Shown piece by piece: positions 23,433-32,224 of a DNA stretch of 64,000 bases. The DNA is from Escherichia phage vB_EcoM_ESCO47. Position 1 is the stretch's first letter; every line of letters begins with the position of its first letter. A program made the position numbers and the translations under genes. Location of the stretch: the sequence record OM386662.1; one strand, given 5' to 3'. The notes under the pieces are model-generated. The model was not told the origin of the DNA and made no database searches. It was given only the letters and a program-made list of their open reading frames with translations.

Positions 23433-23933
23433 ATGAACATGCAATTGATTACTAATGATATGGTTGTAGCAGCATTTGGGGATTCAACCGACGGCATCCA
23501 AGTCTTTAAGAAAGGACGTGCAGTTGGTTACCTCACTGATCTTCGTACTACCCTGGCTAAAAATGCTAAAAAGAAGGTGAAGCAAAAGGAATACTCTACA
23601 CGATATGTTGAAGAAAAACGCGAAGCAATGCCGGAAGCAGTAAACGCAATGGTAGAGTTCCTTCAAAACAATCTGTCTAAATATGACGCTAATGTGTTCA
23701 TTAATATTAGTCAACCTAATGTTCATATTGCTGATAACAAATTTTATATCATTTGCGATCCTTTGTCTGATAAATTCAATCGTCTCGGAATTTCAAGCCC
23801 TTATCATACAGCAGAAGAGTTGTGTGTACTGTTTGAGACTTATAAAATCCAATGTGATGGTCCTAAGACAGTCTTGATTAATGGTTTGTCCCGAGACGAA
23901 ATCATTGAGATTATTGAAAAATGCTTAAAGTAA
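23433..23933 (+). CDS. alc: Alc, inhibitor of host transcription on dC-DNA
   Basis: 166 aa, position between rnlA and spanins as in T4; early promoter. Confidence 0.75.
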   Translation: MNMQLITNDMVVAAFGDSTDGIQVFKKGRAVGYLTDLRTTLAKNAKKKVKQKEYSTRYVEEKREAMPEAVNAMVEFLQNNLSKYDANVFINISQPNVHIADNKFYIICDPLSDKFNRLGISSPYHTAEELCVLFETYKIQCDGPKTVLINGLSRDEIIEIIEKCLK

Positions 23934-24277
23934 ATCCGATTTATGCTGTCATCGGAGCATTTGCTCTGGTTTCAGTGGTTACAATAGTTTTCTTAAATCA
24001 TAAAGTTGACTCGTTAACAACCGAATTGACCACAGTTAAACAGGTCGCTAAAAACAACGCTGAAGCGTTAGATTCATTCAAGATTCAATATGAGTCCATT
24101 AAAACCATGACTTATAAGAATCAGGCATTAGTTGAGCAAATTAAGGCTGAAAATGAAAAACTCCGGAAGGATGCGAAGAAGAGCAGCGTGGTGGCAAAGA
24201 AACCAGGACTCGTCGAGAACCAAATCAACAAGTCCTTTAACGCCTATGCAGAAGACCTCAGGAAGCTTTCAGAATGA
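23921..24277 (+). CDS. i-spanin (inner-membrane spanin, pseT.3-type)
   Basis: 118 aa; N-terminal TM segment AVIGAFALVSVVTIVFL then coiled-coil-like periplasmic domain; adjacent lipoprotein gene. Confidence 0.7.
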   Translation: MLKVNPIYAVIGAFALVSVVTIVFLNHKVDSLTTELTTVKQVAKNNAEALDSFKIQYESIKTMTYKNQALVEQIKAENEKLRKDAKKSSVVAKKPGLVENQINKSFNAYAEDLRKLSE

Positions 24278-24564
24278 TTAAATTATCTGTACTTGTATTA
24301 TCTATTGGTCTTTTGGTTGGATGTGCTCAGGACATTCCTGTAAGCCCTAAAGAGACTTTACACCCATCATGGCCTAGTCCTATTGCAGAGTATAACCAAA
24401 AATGGCAAGTTAAAGTCATTGACGGTATTCCATGGGTAGGTATGCCTTTTGAAGACTCTCAAGAATTCCGAATCTGGATGAATGACGTAAAAAGATATGT
24501 ACATGACCAGAAAACTATGATATGTTATTATCGTAGTGGTTTAAAAGAGGACAAATGCAAATGA
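24274..24564 (+). CDS. o-spanin (outer-membrane lipoprotein, pseT.2-type)
   Basis: 96 aa; signal peptide with lipobox LVGC (MIKLSVLVLSIGLLVGC), Pro-rich; overlaps i-spanin stop. Confidence 0.7.
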   Translation: MIKLSVLVLSIGLLVGCAQDIPVSPKETLHPSWPSPIAEYNQKWQVKVIDGIPWVGMPFEDSQEFRIWMNDVKRYVHDQKTMICYYRSGLKEDKCK

Positions 24565-24779
24565 CACCTACTCAACTAGAACATCTTAAAGGGTTGATCT
24601 ATGAGTCTGAAATGGCCGCAATGATTTACGGACGGCAGATTCAACGTTTAGAATCTTTACCTCCTTCAGGTGACCCACTGATAGTTCAGTCTAGAGCTAA
24701 TCTTAAAAATGAGTACCAAAACAAGTGGGGCAAAGCGGCCAATGCACTTCATGAGTACATTCAAACTCTAGTAAAATAG
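24555..24779 (+). CDS. hypothetical protein (pseT.1 position)
   Basis: 74-aa ATG ORF. Confidence 0.55.
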   Translation: MQMTPTQLEHLKGLIYESEMAAMIYGRQIQRLESLPPSGDPLIVQSRANLKNEYQNKWGKAANALHEYIQTLVK

Positions 24780-24826
24780 TTGTACAAACTCTTGGGAGCA
24801 GAGTATAATGCTCCTATGGACAATAA

Positions 24827-25743
<917 letters not shown>

Positions 25744-25744
<1 letters not shown>

Positions 25745-25935
25745 TGAAACTATTATATGAAGTGATTGAGGCCATCGAACAGCATAAAGAATATTTGTTT
25801 GTAGCCTGGCCTTTAGTAAATGGACAGTTCGGTATTGATGTGCTGGACTATGAGCATGAAGAACGTTTGGACGGTGGTATATTTGATAACGTCGACCAGG
25901 CAATTGAATGGTTAAATGAAAACTATGTACGATAA
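25744..25935 (+). CDS. hypothetical protein (cd.x)
   Basis: 63-aa ORF. Confidence 0.5.
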
Positions 25936-26140
25936 ACATCATGAAATCGAAGATGAAGCATACAAAATGCTTCGTAAACTAGTGGGACTTAATATGAGTC
26001 CTACATTAATCAACAAACTCGCAGGAATTCGTAATGATCTGAATACTCGTTACAAAGGCGAATATCATGTAGAGTTTGTTCCTGTAGGTGAACCGACCGA
26101 GCGATTTGTTGTTCGAGTTAAAGTAAATACTGTACACTGA
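25916..26140 (+). CDS. hypothetical protein (cd.x)
   Basis: 74-aa ORF. Confidence 0.5.
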   Translation: MKTMYDKHHEIEDEAYKMLRKLVGLNMSPTLINKLAGIRNDLNTRYKGEYHVEFVPVGEPTERFVVRVKVNTVH

Positions 26141-26147
26141 GGTAATT

Positions 26148-26423
26148 ATGTTCCCAACTTATTCTGAAATTGTAAAGGTAGTCTTCAGTCAGATTATTGC
26201 TAATAATATGTTTGAAGTGCTTGATAATGCAGCCGAACTCAGAGTTCATGCTCAACTAACTCATGTACTCAATGCTTTGCTCCCGGACCAAGTAGATTCT
26301 ATTGCTATTACTCTTCTCCCTGGGTCTGCACACGTCATAGTGGTATTTGATCTTGACGGCGATTTAGTTATCCAATGTGATATCAATTTCGGTACACAAA
26401 AAATTGAATGCAAAGCAATTTAA
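26148..26423 (+). CDS. hypothetical protein (cd.x)
   Basis: 91-aa ORF. Confidence 0.55.
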   Translation: MFPTYSEIVKVVFSQIIANNMFEVLDNAAELRVHAQLTHVLNALLPDQVDSIAITLLPGSAHVIVVFDLDGDLVIQCDINFGTQKIECKAI

Positions 26424-26425
26424 TG

Positions 26426-26455
26426 GTTTACAACATGGTGGAGTTGTGATACTAT
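26426..26455 (+). promoter_or_regulatory. early promoter
   Basis: GTTTAC 26426-26431, TGTGATACTAT 26450-26455. Confidence 0.6.
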
Positions 26456-26483
26456 AACTCTACCAACAAATGAGGAAATAGAA

Positions 26484-26720
26484 ATGCTAAGTGAAAACCC
26501 AATTACAGTACACGAATTTCAGATTAAAGTAAAAGAATTTGCTCAAGCACTCATCAATAAAGTGTCTGAACGTTTCCAAGATGCAACATTACGAGTTATT
26601 CAAGAATCTCCACGTTCTTTTCTCATAATCGTTAATCCTAAAGACGGTGACCAAATTACTAATCTTAAATTAGGCAGTGATGGTCTTGTTGAAGCAACTC
26701 GAGTATATGGAACACTATAA
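26484..26720 (+). CDS. hypothetical protein (cd.x)
   Basis: 78-aa ORF with early promoter and GAGGA SD. Confidence 0.55.
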   Translation: MLSENPITVHEFQIKVKEFAQALINKVSERFQDATLRVIQESPRSFLIIVNPKDGDQITNLKLGSDGLVEATRVYGTL

Positions 26721-26828
26721 TGAGAGCTATCTCATTACTATCGAGAATGGTCATAAATCTGAGCACTACCAACTTAGCCTGTCTAATCCGGTTAAAGGTA
26801 TTGTTGTTTATATCTCCTAAGGATTGTT

Positions 26829-27821
26829 ATGTTACCTGTCATCAGAAAACTTATTTCTCCAAAAGAACTGGCTGAGATTATTCCTTTGTCGGAAGCTTAC
26901 GCATCACAAGTGGCTTCTCATCGCGAACAAGTTAATTCGATTATGAACGGTGAAGACCCACGCAAACTTATTGTTGTAGGTCCTTGTTCAATTCATGACC
27001 CTATTGCTGCTGTTGAATACGGCAAACGTCTGGCTGAACTTCAAACTCGTCTTCCTAATGTTCTGTTAGTGATGCGCGTTTATTTTGAAAAGCCTCGAAC
27101 TACCGTAGGTTGGAAAGGTCTTGTAAATGATCCATATCTTGACGGAAGTTTTGATATGAACCACGGTCTTATAGTTGCACGAACATTGTGTCGTAAACTT
27201 CTGCGTATGGGACTTCCATTAGCAACTGAAGTATTAGACCCATTCACGATTAAGTATCTTTCTGGTATTTTCTCATGGGTTGCTATTGGCGCCCGTACGA
27301 CTGAAAGTCAGACACATCGTGAAATTGCTTCAGGTCTACCGATGTGCGTAGGCTTCAAGAACGCAACCAATGGTTCTATTAAAGTAGCTACAGACGCGAT
27401 GTATAGTGCCGCCCAGCCTCATCGGTATATGGGTATGGACGTCGATGGTACTGTAGGCATTGTTGAAGCTGAAGGTAATCAGAATACGCATATCGTATTG
27501 CGTGGTGGGACTAACGGTCCGAACTATCATTCTTCTGATATTCAAGAAGCTTCTAACAAAGCAAGTGCGGTAGGTCTGAATCATTATGTAATGGTTGACT
27601 GTAGCCATGCAAACGCTGGTGGGTATTATAGCAATCAAATTGATATTGGTAAAAATTTAGCAGCTAATGATTTGGTCAAAGGAATTATGATAGAATCATT
27701 CCTACATGAAGGAAATCAAAAAATTTCTGATAATATGTCCTATGGCGTTTCCATTACCGATGCGTGCATCAGTTGGGAACAAACTAAAGAGCTGTTAACT
27801 TATATTAATAAGGTTCAATAA
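26829..27821 (+). CDS. 3-deoxy-D-arabino-heptulosonate 7-phosphate (DAHP) synthase, class I (AroG/AroF/AroH-like)
   Basis: 330 aa; near-identical blocks to recalled E. coli AroG: GPCSIHDP, RVYFEKPRTTVGWKGL, WVAIGARTTESQ.HRE.ASGL, VGFKN, CSHAN, ESFLHEGNQ, ITDAC; AAGGA SD; phage-like codon usage. Confidence 0.9.
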   Translation: MLPVIRKLISPKELAEIIPLSEAYASQVASHREQVNSIMNGEDPRKLIVVGPCSIHDPIAAVEYGKRLAELQTRLPNVLLVMRVYFEKPRTTVGWKGLVNDPYLDGSFDMNHGLIVARTLCRKLLRMGLPLATEVLDPFTIKYLSGIFSWVAIGARTTESQTHREIASGLPMCVGFKNATNGSIKVATDAMYSAAQPHRYMGMDVDGTVGIVEAEGNQNTHIVLRGGTNGPNYHSSDIQEASNKASAVGLNHYVMVDCSHANAGGYYSNQIDIGKNLAANDLVKGIMIESFLHEGNQKISDNMSYGVSITDACISWEQTKELLTYINKVQ

Positions 27822-28402
27822 TGAAAGCTAGCACATATCTTCAAATTGCTTATTTGATTTCTCAAGAATCAAAATGTTGTTCATGGAAAGTTGGTGCCGT
27901 CATTGAAAAAGATGGACGCATTATCTCTACTGGATATAATGGTTCACCTGCAGGTGGCGTTAACTGTTGCGAACAGGCATCCGAAAATGGTTGGTTGAAG
28001 AATAAACCGAGTCCGGTCATCGTTGCTGGACATAAAGAAGGCACTACGGCATTTGGACGGGCAGATAATTTTGTTTTGGCTAAAGAACATCGAGCGGCTC
28101 ATAGTGCATGGTCTGCTAATAATGAAATCCATGCTGAACTGAATGCAATTTTATTTGCAGCTCGTAAAGGTAATTCTATTGAAGGTGCTACGTTGTATAC
28201 GACGCTTTCTCCGTGTCCTGATTGCACTAAAGCTATTACACAGTCGGGTATTAAAAAGGTTGTATACGCAGAATTATATGACAGATCTCCTGAAAATTGG
28301 GCAGACATTCTTAAACAAGCTGGTATTGAAGTAATTCAGTACTCTCGTAATAATCTTCGTTCTCTGAATTGGGAACAAATCCGAAACTTTTGTGGTGAAT
28401 AA
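27821..28402 (+). CDS. cd: dCMP deaminase
   Basis: 193 aa (T4 length); zinc motifs HAELNA and SPCPDC. Confidence 0.95.
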   Translation: MKASTYLQIAYLISQESKCCSWKVGAVIEKDGRIISTGYNGSPAGGVNCCEQASENGWLKNKPSPVIVAGHKEGTTAFGRADNFVLAKEHRAAHSAWSANNEIHAELNAILFAARKGNSIEGATLYTTLSPCPDCTKAITQSGIKKVVYAELYDRSPENWADILKQAGIEVIQYSRNNLRSLNWEQIRNFCGE

Positions 28403-28403
28403 T

Positions 28404-28700
28404 ATGATTTTAACTGAACAAGAAACTACGGTTCTTCGTGAACGTATTAAAACTATTCTGTCTGTAGGCGTTCATTGTGTTGTATTTGAAAAGGCTAATG
28501 GTGATGTTCGTACGATGTTTGCCTCCCGCGATGAACTTGAAGTCAAATATGAAAATAGAAATCCGGCAACAGAAGTTCGTTCTGAACCTCGTGAATCAGT
28601 TCGAGCATTCGATACCAAGTTAGGTCAGTGGCGTTCTTTTCGCCTTGATAAAGTAATTTCGGTTGATGGTACTCCGGTAGAACGTTTGCTTCTTCTGTAA
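28404..28700 (+). CDS. hypothetical protein (31.x position)
   Basis: ORF 28392 starts at GTG; first ATG at 28404 gives 98 aa. Confidence 0.5.
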   Translation: MILTEQETTVLRERIKTILSVGVHCVVFEKANGDVRTMFASRDELEVKYENRNPATEVRSEPRESVRAFDTKLGQWRSFRLDKVISVDGTPVERLLLL

Positions 28701-28702
28701 TT

Positions 28703-28727
28703 TGCTTTACGTTTAATATGTTATTAT
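28703..28727 (+). promoter_or_regulatory. MotA-box middle promoter for gene 31
   Basis: TGCTTTA 28703-28709, TATTAT 28722-28727. Confidence 0.45.
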
Positions 28728-28757
28728 TAATCTATCGTTAAACAAAAAGGAAATAAG

Positions 28758-29090
28758 ATGTCTGAAGTACAACTCCCAATTCGTGCTGTTGGTGAATATG
28801 TTATTCTGGTTTCTGAACCCGCTCAAGCAGGTGATGAAGAAGTTACCGAATCAGGACTTGTGATTGGTAAACGTGTTCAAGGTGAAGTTCCTGAACTATG
28901 TGTAGTTCATTCTGTAGGTCCTGATGTTCCTGAAGGTTTCTGTGAAGTTGGTGATTTGACTCCACTACCAGTTGGACAAATTCGAAATGTTCCACATCCA
29001 TTTGTGGCTTTAGGACTTAAACAACCTAAAGAAATTAAACAGAAATTTGTCACTTGTCATTACAAAGCAATCCCGTGTCTTTATAAGTGA
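28758..29090 (+). CDS. 31: gp31, GroES-like co-chaperonin
   Basis: 110 aa; [34 protein letters not shown] matches recalled T4 gp31; MotA-box middle promoter upstream. Confidence 0.9.
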   Translation: MSEVQLPIRAVGEYVILVSEPAQAGDEEVTESGLVIGKRVQGEVPELCVVHSVGPDVPEGFCEVGDLTPLPVGQIRNVPHPFVALGLKQPKEIKQKFVTCHYKAIPCLYK

Positions 29091-29216
29091 TATAAATAAT
29101 AATATGAATTGAGTTCCAATTCTATGAGGTAGTCTACAACTGAGAGATCTGTCGAAAGAAGATGAAATTCAGAAGAACGTGACTACCAAGTTTTAATCTC
29201 TAACGAGAATTTTTAA

Positions 29217-29465
29217 ATGATTAAACAATTACAACACGCTCTCGAACTGCAACGCTCTGCATGGAACAACGGTCACGAAAACTACGGTGCATCAATTGAT
29301 GTTGAAGCCGAAGCACTGGAAATCCTGCAGTATTTCAAACATCTGAATCCTGTCCAAGCTGATCTTCGTGATGTTCTGGCTCAGAAAGATGAACTGAAAT
29401 ATGCTAAGCCTCTGGCTTCTGCCGCACGTAAAGCAGTTCGTCATTTTGTTATTACTTTGAAATAA
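29217..29465 (+). CDS. rIII: RIII lysis-inhibition accessory protein
   Basis: 82 aa (T4 RIII length), position downstream of gene 31. Confidence 0.75.
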   Translation: MIKQLQHALELQRSAWNNGHENYGASIDVEAEALEILQYFKHLNPVQADLRDVLAQKDELKYAKPLASAARKAVRHFVITLK

Positions 29466-29628
29466 TTGCTATCATGCGTCAGCAAAAGGTTAGCTGTGTA
29501 AGTCATGGTAGGTATGATGACAGGTTTATGGTTATCCTGTCGGTAAATATACAAAACCTATGTTCCCCTCGAGGGCTTACGCAGGCAATGTCAATAAGTC
29601 CTGCATTTTCATTTAAAGAGAATTTATA

Positions 29629-29808
29629 ATGGCAAAACAAGCTAAAGCAAAGAAAGCAGTTGAAAAGAAAGTTGATGGTACCTCTAAACGCGCTGGATAC
29701 AAGCGTGGGTCGAACTCTCGTATTAATCAAACCGTTGAGAAGATCATGCGCAGAGCACGTGCAGTTCTTCGAGATGATGCTTCTCGTTTTGGAAAGGTTG
29801 TTGCATAA
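29629..29808 (+). CDS. small basic protein (59 aa)
   Basis: ATG with AAGAGA SD, Lys/Arg-rich, followed immediately by a UUCG hairpin terminator; below the ORF-track size cutoff. Confidence 0.45.
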   Translation: MAKQAKAKKAVEKKVDGTSKRAGYKRGSNSRINQTVEKIMRRARAVLRDDASRFGKVVA

Positions 29809-29813
29809 TTTTA

Positions 29814-29835
29814 GGGAGACTTCGGTCTCCCTTTT
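29814..29835 (+). terminator. intrinsic terminator (identical hairpin to 15685)
   Basis: GGGAGAC-UUCG-GUCUCCC plus UUUU. Confidence 0.7.
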
Positions 29836-29872
29836 GTGCGTTTAGGGCAGAAAAAGTTTAAAAAAAAAAGAT

Positions 29873-29901
29873 GTTTACTCTCCTGTAGGATGTGTTACTA
29901 T
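29873..29901 (+). promoter_or_regulatory. early promoter
   Basis: GTTTAC 29873-29878, TACTAT 29896-29901. Confidence 0.6.
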
Positions 29902-29942
29902 AGACTTGTACCACCTAATCAATAAAACAACCGGAGAATAAA

Positions 29943-30314
29943 ATGAACACTATCAATTTAAATGCTACAATTAAATGCCGTGACCATGATGGATATAAAT
30001 CTCAAGTTGTTAACGAGTTACAGTGGATGGTTCGTTCAGTTCAAGGTGATGTGGTTTATTGTACAACTCCTGATGGCCCTTCAGACGATTTTTGTTATCA
30101 TATCGAAATCGAAAACTTTTTCACTGGTGAAATTTACCGTCTGAATTCTACAGTTTATGGCTGTATTCGTTCTAAAACTTACGAAGATGAAGAAACTGGT
30201 TACTCTGAAGATGTTGTATGGTACGAAAACGCCAGAAATCGCGCAGAGACATTAATCGAGAAGATTAAAGCAAAAGGTGTTATTGATTCAGCTAAGTGGA
30301 CAAAAATCAAATAA
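29943..30314 (+). CDS. hypothetical early protein (30.x)
   Basis: 123-aa ORF, early promoter and GGAGAA SD. Confidence 0.6.
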   Translation: MNTINLNATIKCRDHDGYKSQVVNELQWMVRSVQGDVVYCTTPDGPSDDFCYHIEIENFFTGEIYRLNSTVYGCIRSKTYEDEETGYSEDVVWYENARNRAETLIEKIKAKGVIDSAKWTKIK

Positions 30315-30318
30315 AAAT

Positions 30319-30347
30319 GTTTACTTTGGTACAGGATATGTTATTAT
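30319..30347 (+). promoter_or_regulatory. early promoter
   Basis: GTTTAC 30319-30324, TATTAT 30342-30347. Confidence 0.6.
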
Positions 30348-30388
30348 ATACCTGTACCAACAAACAACTTAAACATCTGGAGAATAAA

Positions 30389-30754
30389 ATGAACTACACC
30401 AACTTCGAACGCAAATATGTTTCTAACGGTATCGCTGGTTCTATTGATACGATTTGCTTATGGAAACATAACAATGGTTCAGTATGTGAAATTGAGCAGT
30501 ATATGACACCTAATTATGTTTATATGCGATTTGAAAATGGTATCACCCTTTCAATTACAATGGAAGGTTCCAACTTCAAAATCGCTCTGGATGATGACTT
30601 CCGTCAACGTGATTTAGGTACTCATCCTTGTTGGAATGGTGATAATCGTAAGCTTCTGGTTAAAACTTGGATTCGCCATATTCTGAGTAATAGAGCTAAA
30701 CCTGAACATCTTGAAGCAATCTTTGATGTAGTTCTTAACGAATTCGATATTTGA
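30389..30754 (+). CDS. hypothetical early protein (30.x)
   Basis: ORF 30296..30754; ATG at 30389 chosen because the early promoter and GGAGAA SD lie directly upstream. Confidence 0.6.
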   Translation: MNYTNFERKYVSNGIAGSIDTICLWKHNNGSVCEIEQYMTPNYVYMRFENGITLSITMEGSNFKIALDDDFRQRDLGTHPCWNGDNRKLLVKTWIRHILSNRAKPEHLEAIFDVVLNEFDI

Positions 30755-30765
30755 TCTAACAAACA

Positions 30766-30779
30766 GGGGCTTCGGCCCC
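30766..30779 (+). terminator. UUCG hairpin after ORF 30389..30754 (weak U tract)
   Basis: GGGGC-UUCG-GCCCC. Confidence 0.35.
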
Positions 30780-30795
30780 TATTGAGGAAATTAAA

Positions 30796-30990
30796 ATGAA
30801 TTTATTTGTATCGCAAACTGTCCGGTTAAAAGGCGATGGAATTCCCGGAATGATTTCTAAAGTGTTACCTGCATTTAAATTGGGAGATATTCAGATCAAA
30901 GAAACCTATGTGGTCTTATGGGTAGACGGTACTGAAGATGTTCGTATGGGTTCTGAATTAGCAGTAATCAAATGTTTAAAGCGAGGATAA
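30796..30990 (+). CDS. hypothetical protein
   Basis: 64-aa ORF with GAGGAAA SD. Confidence 0.45.
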   Translation: MNLFVSQTVRLKGDGIPGMISKVLPAFKLGDIQIKETYVVLWVDGTEDVRMGSELAVIKCLKRG

Positions 30991-30991
30991 T

Positions 30992-31102
30992 ATGATTAAG
31001 AAGCTAATCCAAAAATTGCTTGGCACTGAAATAGTTGAAGTTACTTATCGTGTGACTGACGTAAGCCCACGGACCCGAAATATTGGACCGTACTAAAACA
31101 AT
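30992..31102 (+). CDS. small hypothetical ORF (36 aa)
   Basis: ATG with GAGGA SD 6 nt upstream, fills gap; speculative. Confidence 0.3.
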
Positions 31103-31115
31103 TGAGAGATTCATT

Positions 31116-31952
31116 ATGAAACCCGTGATTTTAACCGATATTGATGGAGTATGTTTGAGCTGGCAGTCAGGTCTTCCATATTTTGCACAAAAATATAATC
31201 TGCCTTTAGAACATATCCTTAAAATGATTCAAGACGAAAAGTTTATTGCTCCTGGTAAACTTTTCAATACTGACGATAATCTTGGTAAACAATTAATCGA
31301 AAAATATAATTGTTCTGATTTTATTCGTTATTTAGCTCCATATACTGACGCTTTGCGTGTAATCAATAAGCTCAAATCCGACTACAATTTTGTAGCTGTA
31401 ACGGCTCTAGGTGATTCAATTGATGCCCGTTTGAATAGACAATTTAATCTAAACGCATTGTTCCCTGGCGCTTTCTCAGAAGTTATGATGTGCGGTCATG
31501 ATTCTTCAAAGGAACAATTGTTTAAAAAGGCTAAAGAGAAATATAATATTGTATGTTATGTCGATGATTTGGCTCACCACTGTGACCATGCATCAGAAAT
31601 TCTTAATGTGCCGGTATACTGGTTAGCTCGTGGTGAACGTGATGCAATTCCACGTACTGCACAACGTGTTTATACGTGGGACGATATTGAGCATCGTTTG
31701 GTTCCACCCGAGCATAATTCAGATTCAGATCGTGAAGACCTTTTAAAACGATTGGCGGATTTGCTTAAAGAATCCGGTGCAACAAGTCCAGGTGCGTGGC
31801 CTAATCAAATTGGCGCTCCGTCGAATCCGTATACCTGGCGAACCCCAGGACCAACCGATATGCAGCCTCATTGGCGATACACTAATGTAGGCGAACATCC
31901 TGTTCCTCCGTATTGGGCAGTTCCACAAGGTTACGGCACAACTAAGGGTTAA
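31116..31952 (+). CDS. HAD-superfamily-like protein with Pro/Trp/Tyr-rich C-terminal tail
   Basis: ORF 31083 starts at TTG; ATG at 31116 with GAGAG SD; N-terminal ILTDIDGV (DxDG HAD motif I); tail ..PGAWPNQIGAPSNPYTWRTPGP.. Confidence 0.6.
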   Translation: MKPVILTDIDGVCLSWQSGLPYFAQKYNLPLEHILKMIQDEKFIAPGKLFNTDDNLGKQLIEKYNCSDFIRYLAPYTDALRVINKLKSDYNFVAVTALGDSIDARLNRQFNLNALFPGAFSEVMMCGHDSSKEQLFKKAKEKYNIVCYVDDLAHHCDHASEILNVPVYWLARGERDAIPRTAQRVYTWDDIEHRLVPPEHNSDSDREDLLKRLADLLKESGATSPGAWPNQIGAPSNPYTWRTPGPTDMQPHWRYTNVGEHPVPPYWAVPQGYGTTKG

Positions 31953-31954
31953 TT

Positions 31955-32224
31955 ATGTTTGTAGTTCATGATATTACAGACGGCAAAAACACAACGCGTG
32001 ACTACGGTCATGTTAACATGTTCTTTCGAGACTGGCCATTGTTTCGTTCAGTAAAAGACGCAGAAATATTTAAAGAGTGTGTTGAACAAGGGTTCATCTA
32101 CATTTCAGAATATTATGTTGAAGGTCTCGGTAAATGGATTACAACTTATCAGAAAACGCTGAAATCGCTTCTAGATGAAGTGGCTTATAATAGAACCGTA
32201 ACCAAAATCGAGGACATCAAATGA
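31955..32224 (+). CDS. hypothetical protein (30.1 position)
   Basis: 89-aa ORF, stop overlaps gene 30 start. Confidence 0.55.
   Translation: MFVVHDITDGKNTTRDYGHVNMFFRDWPLFRSVKDAEIFKECVEQGFIYISEYYVEGLGKWITTYQKTLKSLLDEVAYNRTVTKIEDIK

Noticed and set aside
26719-26870. 51-codon ORF overlapping the DAHP synthase start in another frame
   Set aside because: No SD, and it overlaps the strongly supported start of the synthase gene; likely chance ORF
26829-27821. DAHP synthase as bacterial contamination or assembly chimera
   Set aside because: It is flanked on both sides by phage genes in the same orientation, has tight phage-like spacing and SD, and codon usage resembling its neighbours
30296-30388. 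Upstream start 30296 for the 30.x ORF
   Set aside because: It overlaps the previous gene and its promoter; GGAGAA plus ATG at 30389 is the consistent start
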